Shown: positions 36,061-49,659 of the stretch, in pieces | Numbering within the stretch: the first letter of the stretch is position 1 | Layout of the letters: every line of letters starts with the position of its first letter | From: Eledone cirrhosa | Lineage: Eukaryota | Length of the DNA: 64,000 bases | Assembly (NCBI GenBank): GCA_964016885.1 | Contig: OZ024741.1 | Span: 272,490,001 to 272,554,000 of the forward strand | Direction of reading: 5' to 3' | Notes under the pieces: model-generated | The model's input: the letters and a program-made list of their open reading frames with translations, nothing else | What the model was told of the DNA's origin: nothing | Database searches by the model: none | Position numbers and translations under genes: made by a program

Positions 36061-37517
36061 TCATCATCATCATCATCATCATCATCAACGTTTAACGTCC
36101 GTGTTCCACGCTTGCATGGGTTTGGACGGGGGTAGTCCCACTTGAGGCAAGAGTGATTGTCTTGCTCGCATAGGACTGTCTGGCAGGTTTTCTACAGTTG
36201 GATGCCCTTCCTAACACCAACCACATTTACAGTGTGGGTCTGGGAGGTTTTTACCGTGTTGCCTACACGGCCACATTACAGCGTGGACTGTGTGTTTTTT
36301 TGTCGTGACACCTACACGATCTCATTTGTTTCGGCCTGGATGGCGCGGCACCAACATAACTTTACATAGAACGGGGTGGTGTGGATGGGGTGGGGGTGGT
36401 GGCGGGACGGGGTGTATTTTGTTAGAGATGCCTACTGGCAAGGCGGGTCTTCTCTGTTACTGAGTACCGCCAAAGGTCACGGTCCAGTGACATTGTCTTG
36501 GAGAGGTGTAAGTGTGTGAGGTCGGAGTTTATCAGCTCATCCCATGTTTTTCTAGGTCTGCCTATTCCGTGGCTACCGTCTATCTTTATTGCCCTGCACT
36601 TTGTAATACAGCTATCGACTTTCATGCGCATCACGTGTCCATACCAACGCAGCCTTCTCTCGAGTAAACAACATCTGATCCCTCTTATCTCTAATTTTTT
36701 CCTTAGTTCGTTTATGCTTTGCCGTTCACGTATATTACTGTTACACATCCAGCGGAGCATGCAAGCTTCGTTCCTCTCTAGTCTGCGTATATCCTCTGCA
36801 CACAATGCCCAGGTCTCACTACCATGCAACATTGCTGTTCGTATGCAAGCATCGTACAACCTGCCTTTCATTTTTAGGGAGAACCCTTTAGCAGCTAATA
36901 GTGGTATAAGCTCTCTGAACTTTTTCCAACCAGTTCTGACTCTAGCTACAGTACTTTCAGAGCACCCTCCCCCACTGCTGATTTTATCGCCCAGGTAACG
37001 GAAGCTGTCCACTATTTCTATAGAACCCTCTGCGCAATTGAAAGAGCTAGTATTTTGTGGGCACTTGCTGCTACTTATTGCACCAGAACACCGGCCACAT
37101 GTAAAGTCTATGTTCTTAGTTAGCTTACCTGTGATCCCACTACATCTTTTATGCACCCATACTTTGCATTTAGGACATAAGATGGAGTTTCTACCTACGC
37201 CTTTCCTACATACCGAGCACGGCCATTTCCCAGAAGGGACCGCCGCCTTGTTTTCTTTCCTACAAACTAGAACTTTGGTCTTAGCCAGGTTAATTTTAAG
37301 TCCTTTTGACTCTAGGCCGTGCTTCCATGTTTGGAATTTCTTCTCTAGCTCGGCCATTGATTCCGCTATGAGTGTCAGGTCGTCTGCGTATAGGAGTTCC
37401 CATGGGCAGCCTGTCTTGAACTCCTCTGTTATAGCCTGAAGGGCAATAATAAATAGTAGGGGGCTGAGAACAGAGCCCTGATGGACGCCAACTTTTACGC
37501 TAAACTCTTCACTATAT
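36061..37517 (-). mobile_element. 5'-truncated RTE family A LINE with an open RT C-terminal region
   Basis: QGSVLSPLLF, LLYADDL upstream of ORF 36422-37357; Cys-rich WPCSVC..CPKC..WVHKRC..CGRC; MLHGSETW. Confidence 0.93.
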
Positions 37518-37603
37518 TCGTTGTTAATTCTAACCTATATGTATGTATGTATATATATATATGTATGTATGTATATATATATATATGTGTATATATATGT
37601 ATG

Positions 37604-37636
<33 letters not shown>

Positions 37637-37709
37637 GTATGTGTATATATATATATGTGTATGTATATGTATCTATATGTATGTATGTATGTATATATAT
37701 GTATGTATG

Positions 37710-37771
<62 letters not shown>

Positions 37772-38204
37772 TCTATGTATGTATGTATATATATGTATAT
37801 GTATGTATATATATCATCATCATCATCGTTTAACGTCCATCTTCCACGCTAGCATGGGTTAGACGGTTTTGTCCCATTTGATGTGGGAATGGTCGGGAGA
37901 CCATGTCTCGCTCGCACGGAAGCATCTCTGGCAGGTTTGTTTTACAGCTGGATGCCCTTCCTAACACCAACCACATTTACAGTGTGGACTGGGAGCCTTT
38001 TCACCGTGTCTCCTACTCGGCCACCTTACAGTGTGGACTGGTGTGTCATCGACACAGTGGACGGAGAGGGAGGATGGGGTAGGTTGTGGCGGTGGGGTGT
38101 ACATTGAATTAAGAGGTGCCTACTGACTAGGTTTGTGTGCAATCATATATACATATATACATATATATATATATACATATACTAAGAGTATATATATATA
38201 TATA

Positions 38205-38610
38205 TACTAAGAGTGAGAAATGAAATTTCGTTTCATTTTTTCCATTTATCGTTTTCGGTGCGCCCGGCCAATTAACTCACTTGATATGCAAATTAGGCTG
38301 CTCAGCTGTTAATATGCATAAGGAAAGTATATACTTTCAGGCGTTCAATCATCTGGCAGGAAGGTATACGGTGCTCGCGATAGCTAATAAGCTTGAAACT
38401 AGTACATCGTTCCTTTGTCAGTGTTGAACAAAAGGGCAACGATGGTTGCTAAACACTGTACGGTTTAATTCGGGATGTTTGTTTACAAACAAACCGAGCA
38501 TTATAATAAATGTTCGGTAAACCCATACGTACATATATATATATATGTGCATGTATGTATATATATATACATACTACTGTACATCTATATGTATGTACGT
38601 ATACATACTT
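38205..38610 (+). mobile_element. Dispersed monomer of the 421-bp hammerhead repeat (core degenerate)
   Basis: Reverse complement of the 18549 unit; 38369-38409 cggtg CTCGCGA tagct aata agctt GAA actagt A catcg. Confidence 0.8.
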
Positions 38611-38631
38611 ATATATACATATACATATATA

Positions 38632-39940
38632 TAGGGTGCAGACGATATTTGTTCGCAAGATTATTGTCTATGAAAAAATAATACAGTAGTTTTATTTTTT
38701 AAGATTTATTTATCAAACTTGGGTCAGTTTGTCTTCATGACTTGTCCTTTCGATCTCACTCGATAAACCCGCCATTGGCTTTGATGACTGCCTCAAGGCG
38801 GCCTCGGAACTGGCTACAGGCCTTCGTCACTGTCCCCCGACTCAAGCCCCTAAAGGCACTTGTGATCCTGGCCTTCAGATCGTCTTTCGTATTGCAGCTA
38901 GATCTGTTGGTGTCTCGTTCCACTGCACCCCACACAAAGAAGTCGAGGGGGTTGCAGTCAGGCGAGCTGGGAGGCCAGATGTCAGGTGAAGTGTGGTTGA
39001 TGAAGTTCTCTGACAGCCAGGCTTGGGTCTTTTGGCTGGTATGGCAGGGCGCTGAGTCTTGCTGCCACACGTACGGCCTACCTGCAGCTACCTGGTCGAT
39101 CCAGGGCTTTACTACCTCGCTCAGAACGTGGATGTAGCCATCGGTGTTCAGCTTGAGGCCCTCAGGGAAGAAGTGAGGTGGCATGATGTCAGCTTGACTG
39201 CTGACGACACCTAAGGCCAATGTTGTCGCTGGAAACTTTGTCTGCATGACTCTGGGCACGTCTATGGATGAGACAGCGAGCCACCTGTTGTTCTGGGAGT
39301 TGATCTTCTGGTCTTCGCAGAAGTCTTTCTTGTCGGAGAAAAACCACAGCGTGTCTGGCTCCAGTGGGTGTTTCAACTTGTTGATCACAGCTTCTTTGCG
39401 TGCTTCAGTCGCTTTTATTGGATCGCCTTTAACAGAAATTGTCCTTTCCTCATCTTGTATGAAACGTAGCGAATGTCTTCATGTACCACCAGCCTAATGA
39501 GCTTTTCATCCACGCCTTTCTCTCTTGCAATGGCACGCATCAACTTGCTAGGTTCATTGTTGATGATATCTTGAACTTCAGTGACGAACTCGGGCGTTCT
39601 GAAGGCGTCAGATCGTCGAACATGTGTTTTCCTCTCTGATGTTGCTTCGTAGTCGGATACTGAATCTTCCAATTCCTTTCTGACCTTTTCCACCATTCTC
39701 CTGCTGACGCTGAGAAAGTCTGAAATTTCCTTATTTGTCCTCCCGGCGTGGATTCCAAGAAGAACTCCGTGTCTCTTCCACAAATTTGGAGGTTCAAAAT
39801 TATTCATAATCAATTATTCTGAAAATAAATAATGGAAATATAGTCACTGTTTTTATGAAGACAAGGGTGACAACGGAAGTAAAAAAAATTTGCATAAAAT
39901 TAGCAGTTGAAAATTGCGAACAAATATCGTCCACACCCTG
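38632..39940 (-). mobile_element. Tc1/mariner transposon, maT (DD37D) family, frameshifted transposase
   Basis: TIRs agggtgcagacgatatttgttcgcaa / ttgcgaacaaatatcgtccacaccctg in TA context; WFFSD, WQQDSAPCH, WPPSSPDCNPLD with 37 residues between the second and third D; HTH part in ORF 39415-39813. Confidence 0.92.
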
Positions 39941-40005
39941 TATATATACACATATATATTATTCAAAATATTAACAAATGAAAAATATTCTCATAATCAA
40001 AATAT

Positions 40006-43000
40006 ATCATCATCATCATCATTGTTTAACGTCCATCTTCCACGCTTGCATGGGTTTGGACGGGAGTTTTCCCACTTGAGGCAAGATTGGTTGTCCTGCT
40101 CGTATAGGACTGTCTGGTGGGTTTTCTATGGCTGGATGCCCTTCCTAACACCAACCACGTTTACAGTGTGGACTGGGAGGTTTTTACCGTGTTACCTACA
40201 CGGCCACATTACAGCATGGACTGTGTTTTTTTGTCGTGACACCTACACGACCTCATTTGTTTCGGACTGGATGTTGTGGTACCAACATAACTTCACATTG
40301 AAGGGGGTGGGACAGGGGTGTATTTTTGTTAGAGGTGCCTACTGACTAGGTTTCGCTTTGTACTTAGGCAAGGCGGGTCTTTTGTATTACTGTGTTGCGC
40401 CAAAGATCTCGGTCCAGTGACATTGTCTTGGAGAGGTGTAAGTGTGTGAGGTCGGAATTTATCAAGTCGTCCCAGGTTTTTCTGGGTCGCCCTGCACTTT
40501 TTTATACAGCTGTCGTCTTTCATGCGCATCACGTGACCATACCAACGTAGTCTTTTCTCGAGTAACCAACATCTGATCCCTCTTATTCCTAATTTCTCCT
40601 TTAGTTCGTTTATGCTTTGCCGTTCACTTCACGTATATTACTATTACACATCCAGCGGAGCATGCAAGCTTCGTTCCTCTCCAGTCTGTGTATATACTCT
40701 GCACACAATGCCCAGGTCTCACTGCCATGTAACATTGCTGTTCGTATGCAGGCATCATACAGTCTGCCTTTTATTTTTAGAGAGAACCCTTTAGCGGCCA
40801 ATAGTGGTATAAGCTCTCTGAACTTTTTCCATCCCGTTCTGACTCTAACTACTGTACTTTCAGAGCACCCTCTCCCACTGCTGATTTTGTCACCCAGGTA
40901 GCGGAAGGTGTCCACTATTTCTATAGAACCATCTGTGCAATGGAATGAGCTAGTATTCTGTGGGCACTTGCTGCTACTTATTGCACCAGAGCACTGGTCA
41001 CATATAAAATCTATATTCTTAATTAGCTTAACTGTGATCCCGCTACATCTTTTATGCACCCATACTTTGCATTTGGGACATGAAATTGAGTTTCTGCCTA
41101 CTCCTTTCCTACACACAGATGGGACTGGTGCCCTATTTTCCTTCCTACAAACTAGAACTTTAGTCTTAGACAAGTTAACTTTAAGGCCTTTTGATTCTAG
41201 GCCATGCTTCCATGTTTGGAATTTCTTCTCTAGTTCAGCCATTGATTCAGCTATGAGCGTTAGATCATCTGCATATAGGAGTTCCCATAGGCAGCCGGTC
41301 TTGAACTCCTCTGTTATAGCCTGAAGGGCAATAATAAATAGTAGGGGGCTAAGAATGGAGCCCTGATGAACACCAACTCTTACGCTAAACTCTTCACTAT
41401 ATTCGTTGTTAATTCTAACCTTGCTGACTTTCTTTATACATGGCTTGTATAGCTCTCACAAGCCATTCATCAACACCTAGTTTTCTAAGAGCCCACCAGA
41501 TAATGGAGCGGGGGACTCTGACAAAGGCTTTCTCCAAGTCAACAAAAGCTAAGTATAGGGGTTTATTTTTAGCTAGGTACTTCTCCTGTAGTTGTCGTAC
41601 AATGAAAAGAGCGTCTGTGATACTTTTACCTGACACAAACCCGAACTGCATTTCATCTAGATCAATTCGTTCTCTGATTAGTTGCGCTATTACTTTTTCT
41701 GTGACCTTCATGACCTGGTCGATTAATTTAATGCCTCTATAGTTACCCCTATCTAGGGCATCTCCTTTACCCTGTAGCAGTTAATGATGATGCTTCGGAA
41801 CGACCTCATTCTGTATGATTTGGTTTACTATCTGGGTGACCATAGTGTGTCCCACCGTTCCAGATGCTTTCAACATTTCAGCAACTATTTCCGAAGGCCC
41901 AGCCGCCTTACCCGTCTTCATATCTTTGATTGCCTTACTTATTATACTACCTTCAACTAGCACTGCTAACCCCTCTATTGGATCGATGTGGGGAGACTGT
42001 CTTTCTCCCATTTATTCTCCTCATTTAGTAGCCTTTCGTAGTGACACTTCCAAGCTACCTTCTTATCAGCGCCCGTGATGGCAAGTACACCATCATCATT
42101 AAGGACACACTTCTCCCTGACAATATCATGGTTTTCTTTGACACATTGCCTAGCAATCCTGAACACCTCACGTTTTTGGTCCTTGCGTTGTAGAACATGC
42201 TTGAACTTTCTTTCCTCTGCTTCCCTTCTTGCGAAGTACACTCATCTCCTAGCTTCCCTCCTGGCCACTTGATAGTCTTCTCTACTTCCCCCATCCCGCC
42301 ATACTTTGCAAGCCTGCTTTTTGGCTTTAATTGACTCCTCCACCTTACTGTTCCACCACCACGTTACTCTCCTCCTGCCTATAGGCCTGCTCCAGCCACA
42401 GACTTCATCTACCGCCTTCAGCAGGTTAGCTTTCAGGAATTCCCACTGTTCCTCTGTATTGTACGACTCTAATTGCTCTTCCTTACTGTCGAAAGCGTCA
42501 AGTAATATGCTTTTAAATTTATTACTGGCTGTGGGGTCCTTTAGCTTCCATATTTTCCTCCTGAGGATTGTTCTCCTCTGTTGTCGAGTACGTCTTGTCC
42601 TGACTATGAGGTTGCTGACTATGAGTCTATGTTGGGAGGTGCATTCTTCATGGGGGAGGGATTTAGTGTTTAGAACAGACACTCTATCACGTCTTCTGGT
42701 AAGGATATAATCTATCTGACTGGCGTGTTCCCCTGATCTATAGGTGATCAAGTGATTGTCTCGTTTTTTTAAGTTAGTGTTACAGATAGTTAGGTTATTT
42801 GCGTCACAGAATTCCAGGATTCTGGAGCCTTCCTCATTTCTAGTACCAAACCCATAGCCTCCATGGATTCCGTCATAGCCGTCACAATGTTGTCCAAAGT
42901 GACCATTTAGGTCGCCAGCAATAATTATGTAGTCACTGTCGGTTATTTGGGAGGTAGTGAGCATCAATGTCTAATAGAATCTGTCTTTTATAGCGCCAGG

Positions 43001-43560
43001 CAGTCCGGATTGGGGTTCATACGCAGATATTACTGTCTATTTAGGACAAGTCTTAATTTAATTATTCTGTCGTTCACTCTATTTACGTCTATTATCTTAT
43101 CTACCCATTTTTCTGCTAACATGATTCCTACCCCACCCAGCCCACTGTCATTTCCCACCCAGAAAAGCTTATAGCATCGTTTTTTACCCACAATGAATCT
43201 AGCAGACCCACCCCTCCACCTGGTCTCTTGGATACAGCAAACATCAACCTCCTTACGTTCAAGCATTTTTACAACCTCATTAGAATGACCTTTTAAGGTG
43301 CCTACATTCATGGTACCAACTCTGAAGTTTTGGATTGCGTTTGGTGGGTGGGAACGGTGGGGCGCGGGGAGGAGTGAGAGGGATGGGGTTGGGGTTATGT
43401 TGGCCCGCGGCCGAAACAAAGAGGGGGAGTCCTTGCCTTTTCGCAGCATGAGGTGAATTTGTCTTTATCTTTGGCATTGTCACTGAGTGTCCAGATTTTT
43501 CAGACTCCAGAATTCCTTAGTCCATCCATCATATCGAAAAGCAACCAGAAGTGATAGCAT
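40006..43560 (-). mobile_element. Near full-length RTE family A LINE, multiple frameshifts
   Basis: APE: VGTMNVGTL, CCIQETRW, IIAGDLNGH, SQIDYIL; RT: QFGF, AFVDLEKAF, QGSILSP, YADD; Cys-rich insert; 3' UTR and tail. Confidence 0.95.
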
Positions 43561-44380
43561 AGGCCACTGACTTATGATTGGTCCTAATAATAATAATGGT
43601 GGAGAGTGGGGGCGGGTGGGAGGGGTATGGGGTAGTTAGCAAGAGGGTTTAAATAAAATCTTCGAATTTTGGGCATAATTGGACAAGCATATAACAGTAG
43701 TAAGCGAATAATGGGATTTTAAAATACAAGAAGATTATTTAGAACAACCAGACAGAATTATACAATAGCATTGAGAGAGAGCAAAAGATTGGATTCTGGG
43801 CGATGATATGATACTGATATATGAATGAATGAACCGAGAGGCTGGAGAGACAAGAAAAAAATGGCATTTTACATTACATTTCGCGGGGGGGGGGGGGGGG
43901 GGGGAGCAGGTCTGACCATTAATAAGCGTTGACAAATTCTGAGATTCGTACCTCGTAACAGGTTTATTTATATTTGGTGAGAGAAGGGAGTGATTGAAAG
44001 GGTGAACTAGCAGGCGCGCATACGATATAGGGAGGGGGGGGGGGTAAAGATTAAGAGGGACAAGGAGGCCAAAATTAAACAAACGAGATTGTTATTTTAG
44101 AAAAACAAATGGGGCATTTTACGAGATGGTTTAAATATAATCTTTGAATTTTGGGCATATACTTTATTATATATATTTCAGAGGCACTGTGTTGTTTTTT
44201 CAGTACGTCCTCATCAGACAAAATATATGATTTGATATATGACATACTGCTACGGTCTTGATTATACAATTCCACAACTTCTGTTGTGTGCTTCTAATCT
44301 ATTGTAAAATTGTATTCATTGAGTAACCAATGAACCATACTAATCTTTGGTCATACACATATATATATATACTCACACAC

Positions 44381-44417
<37 letters not shown>

Positions 44418-45114
44418 CACACATATATATACATATGGTGGCTGCCAACTCGTTTTCGAGTACGGCCACTACTTTATATCCATATAGGAGAACCCCTACT
44501 GATGCGCTGAACGAGTGTGACTTTTTAGTCCAGCTAGCGACTTGAAAACTCTGGTACAAACACTACACTTGTGACAATTACTGACACATAGTGCTGGGCC
44601 CATGGTACCCTGTGATGACAAGTGCAGAGAGATCTCCATATATAAAGCAATGCCTGTGCCGTGAAGCTTTTATAGTGAGCAAAGGCACTGCACAAAGCCA
44701 GTCCCACTCTCTTAACCAAGATGATATTTACCAAAAAGAACAACAAGTCAACATCATTGGATACCATCAGGGTTGCAGGTGCTATATCAGAGTTTTCCTT
44801 CTCCTAGAATTCTGCCTTGACAAAGGTTAAGGGGTCATCTCTCCCGGTGATTTTGGATGGCCATTGACTCTTAAGAGCTCCTTTGCCCTTTGACATGTTT
44901 TGTTTTTAGTCCTGCAGGATGTCCAAAGTCACCCTCCTCACCAAGAAACCTTGGTGGGGTTGCCAGTTTAGTCGCCAACGACCCGACCATGAGACAGGTT
45001 GTACTGGGATACATGTTACCAGTAGCACCAACTGGTGACCTGACATATATATACATATACACACATATATACATACATATATATATACATATACATACAT
45101 ATATATATATATAT

Positions 45115-46845
45115 GAAGCTGAAAGACCCCTCAGCCAGTAACAGTTTTAAAGATATTTTACTCAGCGCCTATGACAGTAAAGAACAGATAGAGACACTTC
45201 AATGTAGAAGAGCACTGGGAGTTCCTAAAAAATAACTTAATAAAGGCGACAGATGAGATCTGTGGTTGGAGTAAGACCACAGGCAAGAGGAGAGTGACTT
45301 GGTGGTGGAACAATAAGGTAGATGAGGCAGTTAAGGCTAAGAGACAGGCATGGAAGAACGGGGGAAGCAGGGTACGTTACATAGAGACCAGGATGGAAGC
45401 TAGGCAACAAGTATACTTAGCTAGAATGGAAGTGGAGGATAGAAAATTCAAGCATGTCTTGCAATATGAGGACCAGAAACAGGAGGTGTTCAAGATTGCA
45501 AGACAGTGTGTCAGAGACAATTGTGATGTCATTGGAGAGAAGTGTATCCGGAATGATAAAGGTGAGCTTGCCCTCACAAGTGCTGAGAAGAAAGATGTGT
45601 GGGAGAGCTATTATGAAAGATTACTAAATGAGGAGCATGCATGGGAAGAAGAGACCATACCCCAAGTAGACCCTATAGAGGGGCCAGCAGCAGCGTAGTA
45701 AGTAAGGCAATCAAAGATATGAAGACGGCGAAGGCAACCGGTCCATCGGATATAGCTGCCGAGATGCTGAAGGCATCTGGGTCGGTAGGTCACACCATAA
45801 CCACATGTTTTGTTAACCAGGTAATACTAGAGGGTATCATACCAAAGGATTGGTGCAGCAGCATCATTGTAAACTGCTACAAGGGTAAAGGTGATGCACC
45901 AGATAGAGGAAACTATAGAGGTATAAAGCTGATGGACCAGGTCATGAAAGTAACAGAAAGAGTTATAGCACAGTTGATTAGGGACCGGGTGAAACTAGAT
46001 GAGATGCAATTTGGGTTTGTGCCAGGAAAAGGCATCACTGATGCCTTCTTCTTTGTGAGGCAGTTACAGGAAAAGTACCTAGCTAAAAGTAAGCTGCTCT
46101 ATCTGGCATTAGTCGATCTGGAGAAAGCCTTCGACAGAGTTCCCCATGCTATAATCTGGTGGGCTCTTAGAAAACTAGGAGTAGATGAATGGCTTGTGAA
46201 AGCTGTACAAGCCATGTATAGGGGAGCAGTCAGCAAAGTTAGGATTAGCAATGACTATAGCGAGGAATTTAGCATACAGGTCGGTGTCCACCAGGGCTCC
46301 GTTCTTAGCCCTCTCCTGTTCATCATAGTTTTGCAGGCAATAACGGAGGAGTTTAAGACCGGATGCCCAGAAAACAGAACCCAGATTCCCTCAGGGAAAT
46401 GGCCTTGCTCAGTATGTAGGAAAGGTGTAGGTAGGAACTCCATTCTCTGCCCCAAATGCAAACAATGGGTACACAAGAGATGTAGCGGGATCTCAGGGAG
46501 CTTCACATCTAGCAGCTGCGCTGGGACAGCAAGCAGCAAACAGCCACCTTGGAAACAAGCACCACCAAACTCTGGGAGGGCTCTGTAGAAACAGTAGACA
46601 GCTTCTGCTACCTAGGTGACCGAATTAGCAGCGGGATGGGTGTTCGGAAATTACAATAACTAGGATAAGAACGGGATGGAAGAAGTTCAGGGAGCCACTG
46701 CTAGTTGCAAAAGGCTTTTCCCTCAAAATGAAAGGCAGATTGTATGATGCGTGTCTACGAACAGCAATGTTACATGGAAGTGAAACCTGTGCGCTGTCTG
46801 TAGAAGACTTGCGTAGATTAGAAAGAAATGAAGCTTGCATCAAAA
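45115..46845 (+). mobile_element. Internal RTE LINE fragment with a deletion across YADD
   Basis: VTWWWNNKV, YRGIKLMDQVMK, VDLEKAFDRVP, QGSVLSPLLF; KTGCP joined directly to ENRTQIPSGKWPC. Confidence 0.92.
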
Positions 46846-47004
46846 TGGTGGAGGTCAATCAGGGAGAGGTTGAATATATATATATCGGTCTGTAACTTGT
46901 TAAATGTTATACATACATACAGCGTGAACCTAATACCAACACTTTTCGTACTGCACTCTTCGTTATTGTTTTTGTTTTGTGTTTTACTTATATATATATA
47001 TATA

Positions 47005-48366
47005 CTAGCTGGCACGTTCGGCTGGCGCCTGGCTAGGTATACCCGCATTTTATCTTTTCAGGAATCCCCCCCCCCCCTACACTCTAGTGCAAAGATACCG
47101 CACGCCCTCTCAAGTCAGCGAGGGGGGGGGGGGGTTGTTAACGTGCTCTGATGTTGGGTTTGAATAGTTTTTAGGATTCCCCAGTTCAGCAGCCAGTATG
47201 TTAAAGAAAATTGATAGTTACAACAAAAAGGTTGAACAGAGAACAAATTTTTTAACAAACAATAATATGTACAACCATAATAGAAATTCCAAGTAACAGA
47301 AAATATTTAAATTACATTGTTAGAGACTCAGAGTATACAAAATTTTTTGTTCGGCTCTCCGGAGCAAAGATGAAGAGATTGTTTGGCGAGCTCACCCTAG
47401 AGCATCCTACATACAATTGACCATGGGAGAATCACTGATCTCGTAGCTTGTCTCACGGAGATGCTCTGTAGACGTTGACCTCTGGACACTCCTGTCAGGA
47501 GCAGGTAAGCCGTAGTGACTTAGAGGCCTACCACCAATCTCCAGGACACTGTTTTCAAGGCAAATGAGCGCCTCATTGAAAACGACATCGTATGTTACGT
47601 TTGGATTGTGTCTGCGTGTGTGGTGGAGGATGTCCTCAGCTAGACTTTTGCGGTGGTTGTTCCACATTGCGAGAGGGTCGGCAAGATCTCAGTTGTGCAG
47701 CATAATAGCAAAAAGTTTTCGCAGCTGAGAAGGGACTTTAGCAGTTGCTGCTTCTTTCAGGGTGAGGTGCCAATGGCTGTCATCGTGTAACATACCACAC
47801 ATCGGGCAAGCCAAACAGTAAGTGGAACATTGATGGCCATTGATGGTTCTCAGATCTTGGAAAGACTGTGGTCCTCTAACCTTGAACAGTAACAATGACA
47901 ATAAGCCGTTTGTGCTTTCGTGAAATAAATAGGTTTTTGTGTATGCAAAAATATCTGTACACGAATATATATATTAAAATAATAGATTAAAGTTTAAGCA
48001 AAGAATCGCTGCTTTCACCCTTAACGGGACCTTCTGAAACTAAAAAGAGCAATCTGTGAACGCAGAAGTAAATATTTCGAAAAACGTTATCTAATGCAGA
48101 CAGCCAGACATACAGAAAAAGGGGGGAATGTTGTGCGACGTCATAAGAAAAAGTGAGGAATGACGTATAATCGGAAGTGTTGAAATTTTAAAGAAGTGAA
48201 TATTTAAATAATGTCTTTAATCTTTTAACAAAATTCAGTAGACAAAAATACCCTCATTTTTTACTTGGAAAAAGTTACATCTATGGTGTAAATTTGGTGT
48301 TGTTTGGTTCAGCCGTTTGGCGGAATGTTTGTTACCTACATACGGCCGTCAGCTTTATAGTATAGA
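47005..48366 (-). mobile_element. Internally deleted Helitron with Rep/Hel remnants and both termini
   Basis: LLLFKVRGPQSFQDLRTING, DDSHWHLTLKEAA, SQLRKLFAIML, SLAEDIL and C-terminal SRVSSPNNLFI..TKNFVY; - strand 5' a|TCTATACTATAAAG at 48366; 3' GC-rich hairpin then CTAG|t at 47005. Confidence 0.88.
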
Positions 48367-49659
48367 TATATAAATACATATAAATGAAAAGATTCAGGAC
48401 CCCGACGGCTAAGCTCTGGCCATTTTGAAAGGCATATCTGAATGAGTTCGGATCTAGCTATCGAAATGGCTGGAGCTCAGCCGTCAGGATCCTGAATCTT
48501 TTCATATTACCCACTCTACTACTCGAAGTACTGAGTACTCTGTTAGGTTATGTTCTACCTTGTTTTTACCACACCCTATCTGATATATACACACACACAT
48601 ATAATATACACTCAATGTCTTTCTTATATTAGTCATTCTGCTACAATAAGAAATTCACCTTCTAACCCTACATTATTTGTCCCTGTAAATCGTTATTTCT
48701 CCAAAGTTATCATACATTTAATCCTGTGTGTCTGGTGTACATACATACTGAACATTTATGTACTTATATACTAGACACAAATTACTAAAATATCATTCTC
48801 ATCTTTAATCACTTCCACATGTCAATAATCAACATAAACTATAGGGTTTCTCTTGTACAAACTCTTAATTTATCAACATACAAATTTTCCAGTTTGTATG
48901 ATAGTTCATATATCTGGTAATCCTGGTATATATATAGCATACCACATGTAAGTAATCAAGATAAACTATAAGGTTTTTCTTATGCAAACCATTAATTGTT
49001 CATATATCCAGTAATTCTAGTATATATGGCACACCAGTCCTGGACTCCCCAAATTTAAATTTGTTTAACACTATTGCCATCATTATTGACAGTGCTGATC
49101 CACTAGTCTGCAACACCGAATATATTGGCATGAGTTTGTATCATTCACACATTGCTAATGTAGTTTTCCCTTTTCTTCTTTTCATGCATCTGTATAATCA
49201 TCTTCATCATCACCCTTTTACGTCTGTTCTTCCATGCTAGCATGGGTTAGACGGGTTGTCCTGTTGTGGGCAGTGTCTGGTTGGCTGACCTTGTCTTGCT
49301 CGTACTGGAACTGATTCTGGCATGAATTCTACAGCTGGATGCCTTTCCTAACACCAACCTCATTTATAGTGAGTGCTGGGTGCCTTTTTTCTGTGACGCC
49401 TACACGTCCACTTTACAGTGTGGGATGGGTGTTTTTTTGCCGTGGCACCTCTACGAGACCACTTTGCAGTGTGTGTGTGGGGGGGGGGGGAAGCATATTG
49501 TCCATATGCTTCAGCTTTGGCTTGTATCCGTGGGAAGTCGGGTCTTCTGTATTACTGCGTGAACATTGATATATTAGTATATATAGTCATGGCTGTGTGG
49601 TTAAGGTGTTTGCTTTGCGATCACATTGTTCTGGGTGCTATCTCTGTTGGAAACAAAAA

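Noticed and set aside
36498-37439. + strand ORFs of 130-170 aa, and similar ones opposite other LINEs and the transposase
   Set aside because: Antisense shadows of the element coding frames
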